Source: the human T2T-CHM13v2.0 reference genome, Homo sapiens. From it: a stretch of 64,000 bases of DNA. Of the stretch, positions 13,976 to 29,148 are shown in pieces; positions within the stretch are counted from its first letter, which is position 1; the number at the start of each line of letters is the position of its first letter. The stretch lies in the NCBI RefSeq assembly GCF_009914755.1, contig NC_060925.1. The stretch is one strand, 5' to 3'. The notes under the pieces were generated by a model. The model was not told the origin of the DNA and searched no databases. It saw only the letters and a program-made list of their open reading frames with translations. The position numbers were made by a program, and so were the translations under genes.

Positions 13976-14763
13976 TGAAACAACCTTTGCAAAAATTATA
14001 ACAGTGAGAGAAATTTAACAGAACTGACTCCATCTTGCTTCTAACATCACAAGCTAACTGTCTTTGCTAATCACTATGTGTGGGCTTAACTAACTATGGG
14101 AAGAATTTAGTCTATAGTTTAAGGAATTTAGTTTAATAGTTTAATTTTAAAGCAAGTATGCTAATAGTCCCTTCCCAAAGCTAACTCCCTCCCTGTTTGG
14201 GGACTGAAACTGCCTTTGTAAAACTAATGAAAGGACACAAGGTTAAAATTATGGTAGGGGCTTGAATTCTGCTAAGGTATAGGAATAATTAAACAATACC
14301 TAGTCATCGTTTCCTAGTTTGCTTCCTGCTCAGGAGCCAAGTGGCTGGTGGGAACAAGATTTGTAAACTTCACTAATTGCCTCTATAGATAACATCACTA
14401 TTATGAAACCTAAGACTGTTGTTTGAGATATTTTTTAGACCTTCCATTCTGGCAGACCAATTGACGCTACCCAGACCGATGACCCCCACCCAGGAATGGA
14501 CTCAGCATGTGAAGACATTTTCAGCACTGTTGTGAATTCATCCCCAACCCAACCAATCAACAGTATCCATTCCCTATCCCCCTGCCCATGAAACTACTGC
14601 TAAAAACTCTAGCCTCCAAATTCTCTGGAGGATGGATTTGAGGAAATATCTCCCATCCTCCTTGCTCAGCTGCCTTGTTAAACTTTCTTGGATGCAACAT
14701 CTGCTGTCTTAGTGATTGGTTTTTTCTGTGCAGCAGGCAAGATGAACCTGTTGGGCTATAATA
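13976..14763 (+). mobile_element. ERV1 solo LTR, LTR8A/8B-like
   Basis: Starts TGAAACAACCTTTGCAAAAATTATAACAG; perfect 4-bp TSD AACC (13972-13975 and 14764-14767). Confidence 0.85.
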
Positions 14764-14948
14764 AACCTTCCTCCTTCTCTTCTCCTCTCCCCCAACCCTT
14801 TTTTGGATTGCAAGCCATCTGAGGAGTAGTAATTATGAGAAAATCTACACTACAATTATTGTCACATTTAGCTTTATATTGTCATTAAAAAAAAAACTCT
14901 TGAAATTAATGAACAATTATGTTTTTCCTACCCTTCTTTCACATGCAC

Positions 14949-15245
14949 TTTTTTTTTTTCTGAGGCGTAGTCTCACTCTGTAGTGCAAGCTAGAGTGCAA
15001 TGGCGCAATCTTGGCTCAATGCAACCTCTGCCTCCCAGGTTGAAGTGATTCTCCTGCCTCAGCCTCCCGAGTAGCTGGGACTACAGGCATACACCACCAC
15101 ACCCAGCTAATTTTTTTGTATTTTTAGTAGAAACGGGGTTTCACCATGTTAGCCAGGCTAGTCTCAAACTCCTGACCTCAGGCAATCCACCCGCCTTGGC
15201 CTCCCAAAGTGCTGGGATTACAGGCATAAGCCACTGTGCCCAGCC
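14949..15245 (-). mobile_element. AluS (Sx/Sq-like)
   Basis: Full dimeric antisense Alu. Confidence 0.93.
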
Positions 15246-15249
15246 CACA

Positions 15250-15380
15250 TTTTATTTTATTTTATTTTTATTTATTTTATTTTATATTTTATTTTATTTT
15301 TTTATTTTATTTTATTTTATTTTATTTTATTTTATTTTATTTTATTTTATTTTATTTTATTTTATTTTATTTTATTTTAT
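15250..15380. repeat. (TTTTA)n array derived from an L1 poly(A) tail
   Basis: About 130 bp; pure run of 16 units at 15300-15379. Confidence 0.95.
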
Positions 15381-17028
<1,648 letters not shown>

Positions 17029-17634
17029 GACACATGCACTTTTTTAACTTTAAAAATATCACTTTTAACACATGTCCTAACAGTCTTGAATATCTAGATT
17101 TTATATTTTGTCTTATGACACATAAGAGGTATTAGACTGGACTACAATATGAGCTATTTAGCCAGAAAACCTGTGGGAGTTTATCACTTCAGGAATCCTT
17201 GACATGGTGTTTGAAGAAGGTAGGCAGGTACAGGGGAGAGATCTAGAGGTCACCCAGTTGCAGATGGTTATCAATGCCCAACTATGCCTAAAACATGGGT
17301 AGGTGGATGGGACTTGTAAACAGGCAAAGGCTACAGAGAAAATTCGTATTTAATTTGCATTGTGAAATGCAAATTTAAAAAGTGTGTGTAATGGCAATAT
17401 CATATTATAAATAAACTTAGAAATGATAGACATAATTATTACTAAAAATATTTACAAGAATTGCTTTTCAACAATGGACTTCACTCAGATGCCAGTATAT
17501 GAGAATATTAAGACATAGTATAAACTGTTATATTTAATGTACCCATATTTGGCCACATATTAATTATTGACAAATATGTATGTTATCTTTGTTGCACTTA
17601 CACATTTTTAGTATGTAATTTGAACTAAATAAAC

Positions 17635-17860
17635 TATTTATGCTATCTGCTGAACATTTTCTATGTGCCAAAACTGTTCTACGTACTTTATAGATATTAG
17701 TTAATTTAATCCTCACAATGCTGTAAAATAAGAATTACTGTCTTTACAGAATAGAAAACTGAGGCCAGAGAGGTTAAATAACTAAAAGTTATTAAGTAGC
17801 AGAGCTGATACATGAACCCAAGCAATCTGGCTCCAGTGTCAACATTTATAATAAGCTACA
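17635..17860 (-). mobile_element. MIR
   Basis: TTTAATCCTCACAA...GAAAACTGAGGCCAGAGAGGTTAAATAACT. Confidence 0.85.
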
Positions 17861-18003
17861 CTTAATGAAATTATTTTGTTTTGATTTCTGGTATTACACT
17901 GGCATCTGTTTTAGGCTTCTCTTTAATTCAGTCAACTGACATATGTAATGAGTTATGTACATATTATGGAAAAGGTGACTGTTTTTTAAAAAGAAACCAA
18001 TTA

Positions 18004-18286
18004 CAGTCATCCCTTGGTATTAGTGGTTGATTGGTTCCAGCACTGCCTGCAGATACCAAAATCCACATGCAAACTCAAAGCCTCACAGCTGGCCCTGTGG
18101 ACCCTCCAGATACCAAAAGTCAGCTCTCCAAAAACACGAGTTTCACATGCCTCAAATACTGTATTTTCTATCCATGTTTGGTTGCTGATGTGAACCTGCC
18201 TATGAAGGGACAACTGTATTTGTTGAAAAAAATCCATATATAAGTGTACATATGCAGTGTGAACCTATGTTGTTCAAGGTCAACTG
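18004..18286 (+). mobile_element. Tigger2-family MITE (MER8/MER2B-like)
   Basis: CAGTCATCCCTTGG...CAAGGTCAACTG terminal inverted repeats with TA TSD. Confidence 0.85.
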
Positions 18287-18379
18287 TATTGTGATGTCAT
18301 TAAAGCGGATCAGAATAATATGATCAACAGTTACCTGATTGTGTAGTTGATATTTTTTATTACTGGTCTCGGAAAGTAA

Positions 18380-18718
<339 letters not shown>

Positions 18719-20020
18719 TGAGCTACTTTCAGAATTCACCTTTCTTGTCTCCCTTATTCAAGTCATTAAAAAACCTTTTCATCTTTTTCATCTGAATGGT
18801 TTTATACATAGGAGGCTTTTACAATGCAAGAAAAGGATCTGTTCAATTGCTGAGCATAGACAATCCTTTACCTGCATATTTCCTGGTTCCAAGAAATCTA
18901 GGAAAACACTTTTGCAATCCCAAAGGGCCTGTTGTTTCCAAGATATATACATGATATCCTTTATGATAAAAGCTTAGGGATTATTGGTTTGCAAAGAAAA
19001 TAAATCTACTTAAGCTTCCTTCAGAAAAGTGGGATTTATTATAAGAATGTTAAAGATATCAGTCCTAAAATTTGGGCTTCATGCTTATTGAAAAACAGGT
19101 ATATGTCTGTCTCTTTCCTCTCAGCCTCTAGTCTCTGCTGTATGTTTATTTCATTATTCTTTCTCTTCAATAAGGTTTTCTACTCAACTAGTTACTTGCA
19201 TGTGAACATCATAGCCTTTACAAAATGTGGTCATAGGTCCCATTCAACTATACTTTCTAGTTGCTTCTCCCAATCAATCAATGAACTCTTTAATACCTAG
19301 GGACTGAAAATTTGATTGGCTCAGCTTGGGTCAGGTTAACAACTCTATTTGTGGATTGACATCACGTGACACATAGGGTAGTCTCTTCTAGCCTGTGATG
19401 GGTTTTCCTAGAAGCATGTGTGGGGATAGAGAAGAAATTATGGTAATTTCAATGACAGTGTTATTCATCTGGAAACTTCAAGTCATGGGACTATTTATTT
19501 CCTGTTTCAGTTTGAATTGCTTTGAGAACATGTTGTCTCTGGTGTCATGAAGACTGACAATCATGAATCACTATGGCAATTTTTATCATCATAATCTTGT
19601 ACTGTTTGCCCATTTCAGATGAGAAAGTGGAGGCTAAGAAAGTTTAGATCACTTGCACTAGGGCAGGATGAACTCAGCTCTGCTGTTCTGTACACTATAC
19701 ATGTTGCCTTAAATGTAGGCAGATTCTCTTTATCCTCCAAATCCACAATTTGGAGTGTACAAATTGCAATACCAGGTAAAGTTGGAAAGAAAAATTTATC
19801 TGGAAAGTGAATTTCCTATACTCTTGAACACTGCAATCTTATAATGTATCCTTTTTTGTAAAATGGAAAGTTCCACATTTGGAAAGTCTGGCCCTTTTCC
19901 AAAGGCTCACATAGAAACCACTGTCTCCACCACTGACCACTCCTATTCAATACCCTGGCCCTCAACACGAAGATCCAGTTCAGTCTATTTGACAAACTCC
20001 AAATTCTGGCTCATGAGATG

Positions 20021-20071
20021 AAAACAAAAACAAAAACAAAAACAAAAAACAAACAAACAAGCAAACAAAAA
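20021..20071. repeat. (AAAAAC)n/(AAAC)n simple repeat
   Basis: Directly visible. Confidence 0.9.
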
Positions 20072-20585
20072 ATAGTCTTTGGAGAGGAAGAGATCTGGGC
20101 CAGAATTCTGGCTTTACCATTCAGAGGTTGTTTAGCCTTGGTTTCTTTATTTGTAAAATGGGGCCAAAGCTTGATTCCAATCTAATAGGTTTGATGTGAA
20201 GACTAGAGATACTGTGAGTAAAATGCCTATAACAATAAATCATACTGTTTTATTGTTTTATGTTGAGAACATAGAACATATTTATGTACTGAATATTTAC
20301 TCTGCAAATGCCTACTAGTGCTAGTCAACTAGCCTAACAATGCCCTAGGCTTTCTATGTGCATTGCTATCATGCTTCAGAGATGCACACTTGCCTTTGTA
20401 ACCAGCCATTCTGTTTGCAGGAGACACAATGTTAATTTTATCCCTCCTGGGCCTCCCAAGTAGGTCAAGAAAATGAACTTAAGATCTCTCCAATCTGATG
20501 AGACACATCATATATGTTCACACACTTCTGTGAGAACACACACACAACTAAAATTACTTTATGTTTAATTCAATTTAAACAGACC

Positions 20586-20960
20586 TGATACAGTTTGGAT
20601 TTGTGTCCCCACCAAATCACATGCGGAACTGTAATCCCCAGTGTTGGAGGTGGGGCCCGGTGGGAGGTGATTGAATCATGGGGGTGGATTTCCCCCTTGG
20701 TGCTGTTCTCATGATAGTGAGTTCTCATGAGATCAGTTTAAGTGTATAGCACCTCTCTGCTCTCTCTTGCCCCTGCTCCTGAGGCATGCTCCTGCTTTGC
20801 CTTCTGCCACAAGTAAAAGCTCCCTGAGGCCTCCCCAGAAGCAGATGCTGCCATTCTTCCTGTATAGCCTGCATAATTGTGAACCAATTAAATCTTTTTC
20901 CTTTATAAATTACCCAGTCTCAGGTATTTCTTTACAGCAGTCCAAGAACAGACTAATGCA
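20586..20960 (+). mobile_element. MaLR LTR (MSTA/MSTB-like)
   Basis: TGATACAGTTTGGAT...AATTACCCAGTCTCAGGTATTTC...GACTAATGCA. Confidence 0.88.
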
Positions 20961-21987
20961 GGGCCCAAACAGAGTAGTTTAAATGTTCTATTGATTGTAC
21001 TATATACAAATCTGCATGTCAAACATTGTTACATGTATTTGGGTAATTAAAATGTAGATATATAAGATAGTCTTTAATGTCTATGTAATAATTGATACAT
21101 TTCACTGTAAGTCACCAGAGAGTTCTGGGAAGAGGCAAAATGCAAGGAAAAGTATGCTGTCAGGGTGACCTTAGAAGATTATTCAGTTCTCTAATGTTAA
21201 CAGCTGGTAAATTGAGGTCCAGAAAAAAAAAAGAAATATACTCTAAGTCACATGGCAAATATAGAATGAGGACCATATCCCATGTCTCCTATTTCTTTGA
21301 GCAGCATTCTTTATACCAGACAAAGGACTGATAATAGGACACTATTTTTCTTCTTCTAACATTTATATTTAAAGCCTAATCAGATAGAACACTTAGGGAT
21401 TAGGGACAATTTAAATGATGGAACAGAATGAGAAAAGGCAGGGTGGAAGGAATTATAGGATGTAGTCTGGAAACAGCAAGTGATGCAAGAGGCTGACGTT
21501 TAGACTAGCACAGGTGGGAGGCTAGGAGAATAAAAAGGGTCATTAACTCTATTGAGCACTGTGTAATAGGCCATGTTTTAAAAAACTTTACACAATTAAT
21601 CTCACTGAATCAGACAGATTGCATCCAGGTTATACCTCTCAGACTATGTGTTCCTTGACCATAGAGACCATTTTATATGCTGGGTACATGAGAGCTTTTG
21701 AGCACATACCTTATTGACAGTTTGATATTGACCAACTCAATCTAATCACCAATATAAACTCACTGAGAAGGTAGACTATAGTGATTATAGCATAGGTATA
21801 GCAGAAACAATAAAAGGCTGGAAGGTAGGAAATGAGTTGTGGTCTAGGCTCAACATTCTGTGTGACCTTTGGCAAGTTATTTCACTTGCAAAAATTAATT
21901 TCATTGCTATATTTAACACTGTTCTACTGTTGATGGCAATGATTATTGTATTTTTTAAGATTATTTGTGTACATGTACCTCTTAAGG

Positions 21988-22180
21988 TAGTGGGTTGAAA
22001 ACTTTAATATGTTTAAGAATCACCCAGGAAGCCTATAAAAATGCATACTTGCAGATGTACCCTCAAGACCAAAATATGCTGATTCACTGTGTCAAGAGTG
22101 GCGCTAGAATCTGAATTAAATAAGTGCCATAATATAATTATGATATTTTTGATACTGGTGATCTGTAGACCATGTTTTAA
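21988..22180. mobile_element. MER5A-like hAT MITE
   Basis: AGAATCACCCAGGAAGC...AAAAATGCA and inverted terminal pattern. Confidence 0.55.
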
Positions 22181-22599
22181 CAAGAACTACCTAATTCAAA
22201 GTATAACCATCCTTGCCTTGGCTATCAGGAAGTTTAGTACAGTTTTAAGCTTATTCTTTATTGCTTACCTCTGGTTACTTAATCCATGTTTTAATGGTCC
22301 TATTATAACATCGTGTGTGTGTGTGTGTGTGCATGTGTATGTACTGTAAGTAGCTTATATTCTTTCCACAAGTGGTAGACGCAAATAATAATGAAATAAA
22401 ATTACATAGTCACTGATTTTTCTGGAAGATGAAAGGGTTGTATTAGATAACCCCTAAGTGACTATCAAATCTAATAATTTCACTATTATTTAGTTTAAAC
22501 AAATGCATTACCAAAGTCAATATTAAATACTAAGTACCTGCATATATCATGTACTATGTCAATGAACAAAATAGCAAAATAGACTTATCAACTTAAATG

Positions 22600-23150
22600 T
22601 TATTTTTTAAAATGTAGAGGACACAGGGAATAAGTGTGGTGAGTAAAGTGCATGTAGGACAGGTTTCTTTATTGAACTCAGAGGTCAAAGAGATCCTCAC
22701 CTGGAGGTCAGTTTTAAGCAGAGATTTAAATGGAGGAATTGGGTTAGCAAAATAGATATCTAAGGAAAGACTATTCCAGATAAAGACAGTTAGGAGGATG
22801 ACTGGAATGTGCAAGAAAGAGCAAGTGATGAGTGTGGCAGGATCGGGGTGAATGAGGGACAATATAGTAAGAGATTGAGTCAGAGAGGATACAATGTGCC
22901 AGATTAAGTAGTGTCTTGTAAGTTATTTTAAGATCTTTTGATTCTGAGGGAAGTAGGAAGTCACTGGAGAGTTTTGAACAGACAAATGATATGATCTGAC
23001 TTATGTTTTAAAAGAATAGCCCTGATTACTGTTTTAGCAATAGATTATCAGGAAGTAAGGGCAGAAACAGAAAGATCACTTGTGTGGTGGTTCCGGTAAT
23101 CCAGTGATGGTGGTTTGGACTAGGGAAGCATCGGTGGAAAAGCTAACTGG
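22600..23150 (-). mobile_element. L2
   Basis: GGAAGTCACTGGAGAGTTTTGAACAG...ATGATCTGACTTATGTTTTAAAAG. Confidence 0.8.
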
Positions 23151-23459
23151 ATTTTCTAAAAAATTAAATGAAACAAGTAAGAACTTAAAATATAAAAGAT
23201 CACTGTTAATACCTTGCTCTAACTGATCAGAAAATACTGTCTAAATTGTGGCCACAATCAATGGACTCATATAAGCCTCTCTTTAATCTGTTTAAATAAA
23301 ATAAGCTTTGAAGATACATGGAATTTGATTAAGGAAGAAAGATTCTGGTCCTGTGGCATTCCTTTAAGGCACTAGGGTGATTCTGCAACATACATTACTC
23401 TAAGACTGTCACAGCATTTCTGTGTTCAAAGGAGGCAGCAGAAAACTGGCTGTGAAGTT

Positions 23460-23705
23460 AGATTATATTTACTGAACACTTTCTATGTGTCAGGCATTAT
23501 TCTAAGTAAAAAAAAACTCAAAAAAGTACGTCTGTAGTACACAATATTAATATTATTCCCCAAACTAGGAATAAGGAAACTGATGCTCAGAGAGGTTAAG
23601 TAATATGTACAAAGCCATATAGTGCATAAGTTGGGGAGTTGGGATTTAAACCAGGCAGCCAGGCTCCAAAATCTTCATCATCAACTATTACACTATATTG
23701 CCTCC
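23460..23705 (-). mobile_element. MIR
   Basis: GGAAACTGATGCTCAGAGAGGTTAAGTAA core. Confidence 0.85.
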
Positions 23706-24782
23706 AAGGCTTCTCTAAGCCTCTGTTTTCTCATATGTATAGTTGGCATACTAATAGTACCTACTAATTGTTGAGAGAATAACAAAAATTATTATTTAGT
23801 CCAAGACTTAGTGATAGATAGTGATCGGTATTATCACATGGTACTACAGTTGATATAAACAAATTGCAATCCTTATTTTTGTCTGTTCCTCAAATGGTTG
23901 TTTCATTTATCTTATCAGTAAATTGAGTCTCAATGATCCTTAAATGTTTTACCATGCCACAGAGGTAGAGAAAGTGGTAGGATTTGATGTCAGATCTTAT
24001 GACTTCAAGATCTTTTTCAATTCTTCTCATTGTCCCTTACAAACGAAGAATACAGAGATATGCAGGGACACTTAATGCCATGTACAGTTCCCAGAAACAC
24101 TATTTAAATGCCTACAAAAAACATTTGACTAAATGGAACCTACATATAAGAATAAATAGCTTCCCCAAATATGTTCTATACCCAGCTCCAAAACATGATA
24201 AAAATACTTTATGCCTAATAGCAACAAAAATAAAAACTATATCCAAATCCACATAACAAAAATGAAGCATTTACATAAATAAAGTTATCCAAACTATACT
24301 TTGGACCAAAAAAAGATGAGGCACTCCATGTTCCTGGATGCAAAGAATTAATATTGTAATATGTAAAGCTGTTCAAGTTATCCTATAGATTTAACACAAC
24401 TTCAATAAAAATTTCAAAGATATTTTTAGAATATAAAAGAATAATTCCAGGTATCATCTTTCAAAACCCAAGAGGACAGTAAAATATCCTTTTTTAAAAA
24501 AAGAGTAATAAAGGGAGACTTATGTTCAAATAATAAAATATATTACAAATCTATAGGTGTTAAAACAATATTCTAATACTGTTAGACTATTGGTACAAAA
24601 ATAGCTATAAAATGGAACAGTATAGAAAGTCCTAAAAAACTCATTCACTTACTAACCAATAGAAATGTATTGAAATAAGTCCCATATACAAGATTATGGA
24701 TTTGAAAATTTAAAAATAAAACTTTTGAACATCAACAATACTATGGCAAAAGGAAAGAGAAATAATAAAATGAGACAATTTC

Positions 24783-25170
24783 TGCTATGGTTTGAATGCT
24801 TGTGCCCCCTCCAAAATTCTTACAGAAACTTAATCCCCAATACCACAGTATTAAGAGGTGGCACCTTTAGGAAGCAACTAGGCCATGGTGGCTCTACTCC
24901 ATGAATAGGATTAGTGCCTTATAAAAGGGATTGAGGGAGTGCATTTACTCCTTCCTTCCCTTCTGCCATGTGAGGACACAACATTTGTCCCCTCTGGAGG
25001 ATGCAGCAACAAGGTGTCACTTTGGAAGCAAAGACAGAGTCCTTATCAGACACTGAACCTCCCAGCACCTTCAACTATCAGCCCCTAAAACTACAAGAAA
25101 TAAATTTCTGTTTTTTATAAATTACCCAGTCTCACGTATTTTGTTATGGGAGTAGGAATGGACTAAGACA
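24783..25170 (+). mobile_element. MaLR LTR (MSTD-like) within old L1M
   Basis: TGCTATGGTTTGAATG...GACTAAGACA; 5-bp TSD ATTTC/ATATC. Confidence 0.85.
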
Positions 25171-25229
25171 ATATCCAATTCTATAAAACTGAAAAGGAAC
25201 TCATTTACTTAATATAAAAAGCTTTTACT

Positions 25230-28200
25230 TAAGAAAAGGAAGTCACAGACTGGGAAAAAATATTTGCAAAAACAATATATCAGATAAAGGGACTGGTAAC
25301 CAAAATATACAACATTTCTTAAAACCAAACAAAAGAAAAACAACCCAATTAAACAATGGGCTACAGATCTGAATAGACACCTGACCAAAGAAGATATAGA
25401 TGACAAAAAAACACACAAAAAGATACTCAACATCATACGTCAATTAGAGAATTGCCAATTAAAACAAAAATGAAATACAACTACACATATATTAGAATGG
25501 TCAAAATCTAAAACACTGACAACACCAAACACCAGTGAAGATGCGGAGCAATAGGAATTTTAATTCATTTCTTTTTTCTTTTTTTACATACTTTTTTTAT
25601 GTTCTGGGATACATGTGCAGAACATGCAGGATTGTTACATAGGTATACACATGCCAAGGTGGTTTACTGCACCTGTTAACTCATCATCTACATTAGGTAT
25701 TTCTCCTAATGCTATCCCTCCTCTAGCCCCCCAACCCCCAACAGGCCCCAGTGTGTGATGTTCCCCTCCCTGTATCCATGTGTTCTCATTGTTCAACTCC
25801 CATTTATGAGTGAGAACATGCGGTGTTTGGTTTTCTCTTCTTGTTTTAGCTTGCTGAGAATGATGGTTTCCAGCTTCATCCATGTCCCTGCAAAGGACAA
25901 AAACTCATCCCTTTTTATGGCTGCATAGTATTCCATGGTGTATATGTGCCACATTTTCTTTAACCAGTCTATCATTGATGAACATTTAGGTTGATTCCAG
26001 GTCTTTGCTACTGTGAACAGTGCTGCAGTAAACATACGTGTGCATGTGTCTTTAGAGTAGAATGATTTATAATCCTTTGGGTATATACCCAGTAATGGGA
26101 TTGCTGGGTCAAATGGTATTTCTGGTTCTAGATCCTTGAGGAATCACCATGCTGTCTTTCACAATGGTTGAACTAATTTACACTCCCACCAACATTGTAA
26201 AAGCGTTCCTATTTCTCCACATGCTCTCCAGCATCTATTGTTTCCTGAATTTTTAATGATTGCCATTCTAACTGGCATGAGATAGTACCTCATTGTGGTT
26301 TTGATTTGCATTTCTCTAACGACCTGTGATGATGAGCTTTTTTTCATATGTTTGTTGGCCACATAAATGTCTTCTTTTGAGAAATGTCTGTTCATATCCT
26401 TTGCCCACTTTTTGATGGGGTTATTTTTTTCTTGTAAATTTAAGTTCTTTGTAGATTCTAGATATTAGCCCTTTGTCAGATGGATAGATTGCAAAAATTT
26501 TCTCCCATTCTGTAGCTTGCCTGTTCATTCTGATGATAGTTTGTTTTGCTGGGCAGAAGCTCTTTAGTTTAATTAGATCCCATTTGTCAATTTTGGCTTC
26601 TGTTGCCATTGCTTTTGGTGTTTTATTCATGAAGTCTTTGCCCATGCCTATGTCCTGAATGGTGTTGCCTAGGTTTTCTTCTAGGGTTTTCATGGTTTTA
26701 GGTCTTACGTTTAACTCCTTAATCCATCTTGAGTTAATTTTTGTATAAGTTGTAAGGAAGGGGTCCAGCTTCAGTGTTCTGCATATGGCTAGCCAGTTTT
26801 CCCAACACCATCGATTAAATAGGGAATGCTTTCCCCACTGCTTGTTTTTGTCAGGTTTGTCAAAGATCAGATGGTTGTAGATGTGTGGCGTTATTTCTGA
26901 GGCATCTATTCTGTTCCATTGGTCTATGTATCTGTTACTTTTTTGTATTATACTGTAGGTGCTGGGATTCATGTGCAGAACTTGCAGGTTTGTTACATAG
27001 GTATACACGTGCCATGGTGGTTTGCTGCACCTATTAACTCGTCATCTACATTAGGTATTTCTCCTAATGCTATCACCCCTCCAGCCCCCATCCCCCAAGA
27101 GGCCATGGTGTGTGATGTTCCCCTCCCTGTGTCCATGTGTTCTTATTGTTAAACTCCCACTCATGAGTGAGAACATGTGGTGTTTGATTTTCTCTTCTTG
27201 TGTTAGTTTGCTGAGAATGATGGTTTCCAGCTCCATCCATGTCCCTGCAAAGGACATGAACTCATCTTTTTTATGGCTGCATAGTATTCCATGGTGTATA
27301 TGTGCCACACTTTCTTTATCCAGTCTATCATTGATGAGCATTTTGGTTGTTTCCAAGTCTTTGCTATTGTGAACAGTGCTGCAATAAACATACGTGTGCA
27401 TGTGTCTTTATAGTATAATGATTTATAATCCTTTGGGTACATACCCAGCAATGAGATTGCTGGGTCAAATGGTATTTCTGGTTCTAGATCCTTAAGGAAT
27501 CACCACACTGTCTTCCACAATGACTGAATTAATTTACACTCCCACCAACAGTGTAAAAGCATTCCTATTTCTCCAGATCTTCTCCAGCATCTGTTGTTTC
27601 CTGACTTTTTAATGATCACCATTCTAACTGCTGTGAGATGGTATCTCATTGTGGTTTTGATTGGCATTTTTCTAATGACCAGTAATCACACTACCTGACT
27701 TCAGACTACACTACAAGACTACAGTAACCAAACCAGCATGGTACTGGTACCAAAACAGATATATAGACCAATGGAACAGAACAGAGGCCTCAGAAATACA
27801 ACCATCTGATCTTTGACAAACCTGACAAAAACAAGCAATGGGGAAAGCTTTGCCTATTTAATAAATGGTGTTGGGAAAACTGGCTAGCCATATGTAGAAA
27901 ACTGAAACTGGACCCCTTCCTTACACCTTATACAAAAATTAACTCAAGATGGATTAAAGAGTTAAATGTAAGATCTAAAACCATAAAAACCCTAGAAGAA
28001 AACCTAGGCAACACCATTCAGGACATAGGCATGGGCAAAGACTTCATGAATAAAACACCAAAAGCAATGGCAACAGAAGCCAAAATTGACAAATGGGATC
28101 TAGTTAAACTAAAGAGCTTCTGCACAGCAAAACAAACTATCATCAGAGTGAACAGGCAACCTACAGAATGGGAGAAAATTTTTGCAATCTATCCATCTGA

Positions 28201-29148
28201 CAAAGGGCTAATATCTAGAATCTACAAAGAACTTAAACAAATTTACAAGAAAAAAACAACCCCATCAAAAAGTGCGCAAAGTATATGAACAGACATTTCT
28301 CAAAAGAAGACATTTATGCGGCCAACAAACATATGGAAAAAAGCTTTAATTCATTTCTGATGAGAGTGCCAAATAGTACATCTACTTTGGGAGATAATTT
28401 GGCAGTTTCTCACAAAATTAAATGTACTCCTACCTATGATCTAGCAGCCATGATCCTTGGTATTTACCCAAATGATTTGAAAGCTGATGTCCACACAAAA
28501 ATCTGTGCATGAATGTTTATAGCAGCTTTATCCATAATTGGCAAAACTTGGAAGCAACCAAGATGTCCTTCAATAGAGTAATAGATAAACTGTGGTGCAT
28601 CTATTTATACAATGAAATGTAATTCAGTGCTACAAAGAAGAGCGCTATCAAGCCATTTAAACACATAAAAGAAATTTAAATGCATATTGCTAAGTGAAAG
28701 AGACAATCTGAAAAGGGTACATACTACATGATTCCAACTATATGGTATTCTGGGAAAGGCAAAACTATGACAGTAAGATCAGTGGTTTCCAGGGGTTTTG
28801 GAGAAGGGAGGGAGAAAGGGACGAATAGGTGGAGCATAGGGAATTTTTAGGGCACTGAAACGATTATTCTGAATGAAACTGTAATGATAGATATATGTTA
28901 TCATACATTTGTTAAAATCCATAAAATGTACAACGCAGAGTGAATCCTAATGTAACAATGGATTTTATTTAATAACAATGTATGAATATTGACTCATCAG
29001 TTTTAACAAATGCCTCACACTAATGCAAGATGTTAATAACAGAGGAAATTGAAGGAGTGGTGAGGGGGTAAACAAAACATCTGTAAATTTCATTCAATTT
29101 TTTCCGTAAATCAAAAACTGCTTGATGAAAAGTCTATTAGAAAAAAAA
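25230..29148 (+). mobile_element. L1MC2-like 3' region (25230-25572 and 28345-29148), split by a younger composite L1
   Basis: Sequence is colinear across the insertion; 3' end GTGAATCCTAATGTAA...CACACTAATGCAAGATGTTAATAA. Confidence 0.8.
25573..28344 (-). mobile_element. Composite L1PA6-8-like insertion: 3' segment A (25573-26936, -), second 3' segment B (26939-27686, -), inverted segment C (27685-28344, +)
   Basis: Single 14-bp TSD TTTAATTCATTTCT at 25559-25572 and 28345-28358; two 3'UTRs with tails; ORF2 fragments on both strands. Confidence 0.92.
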
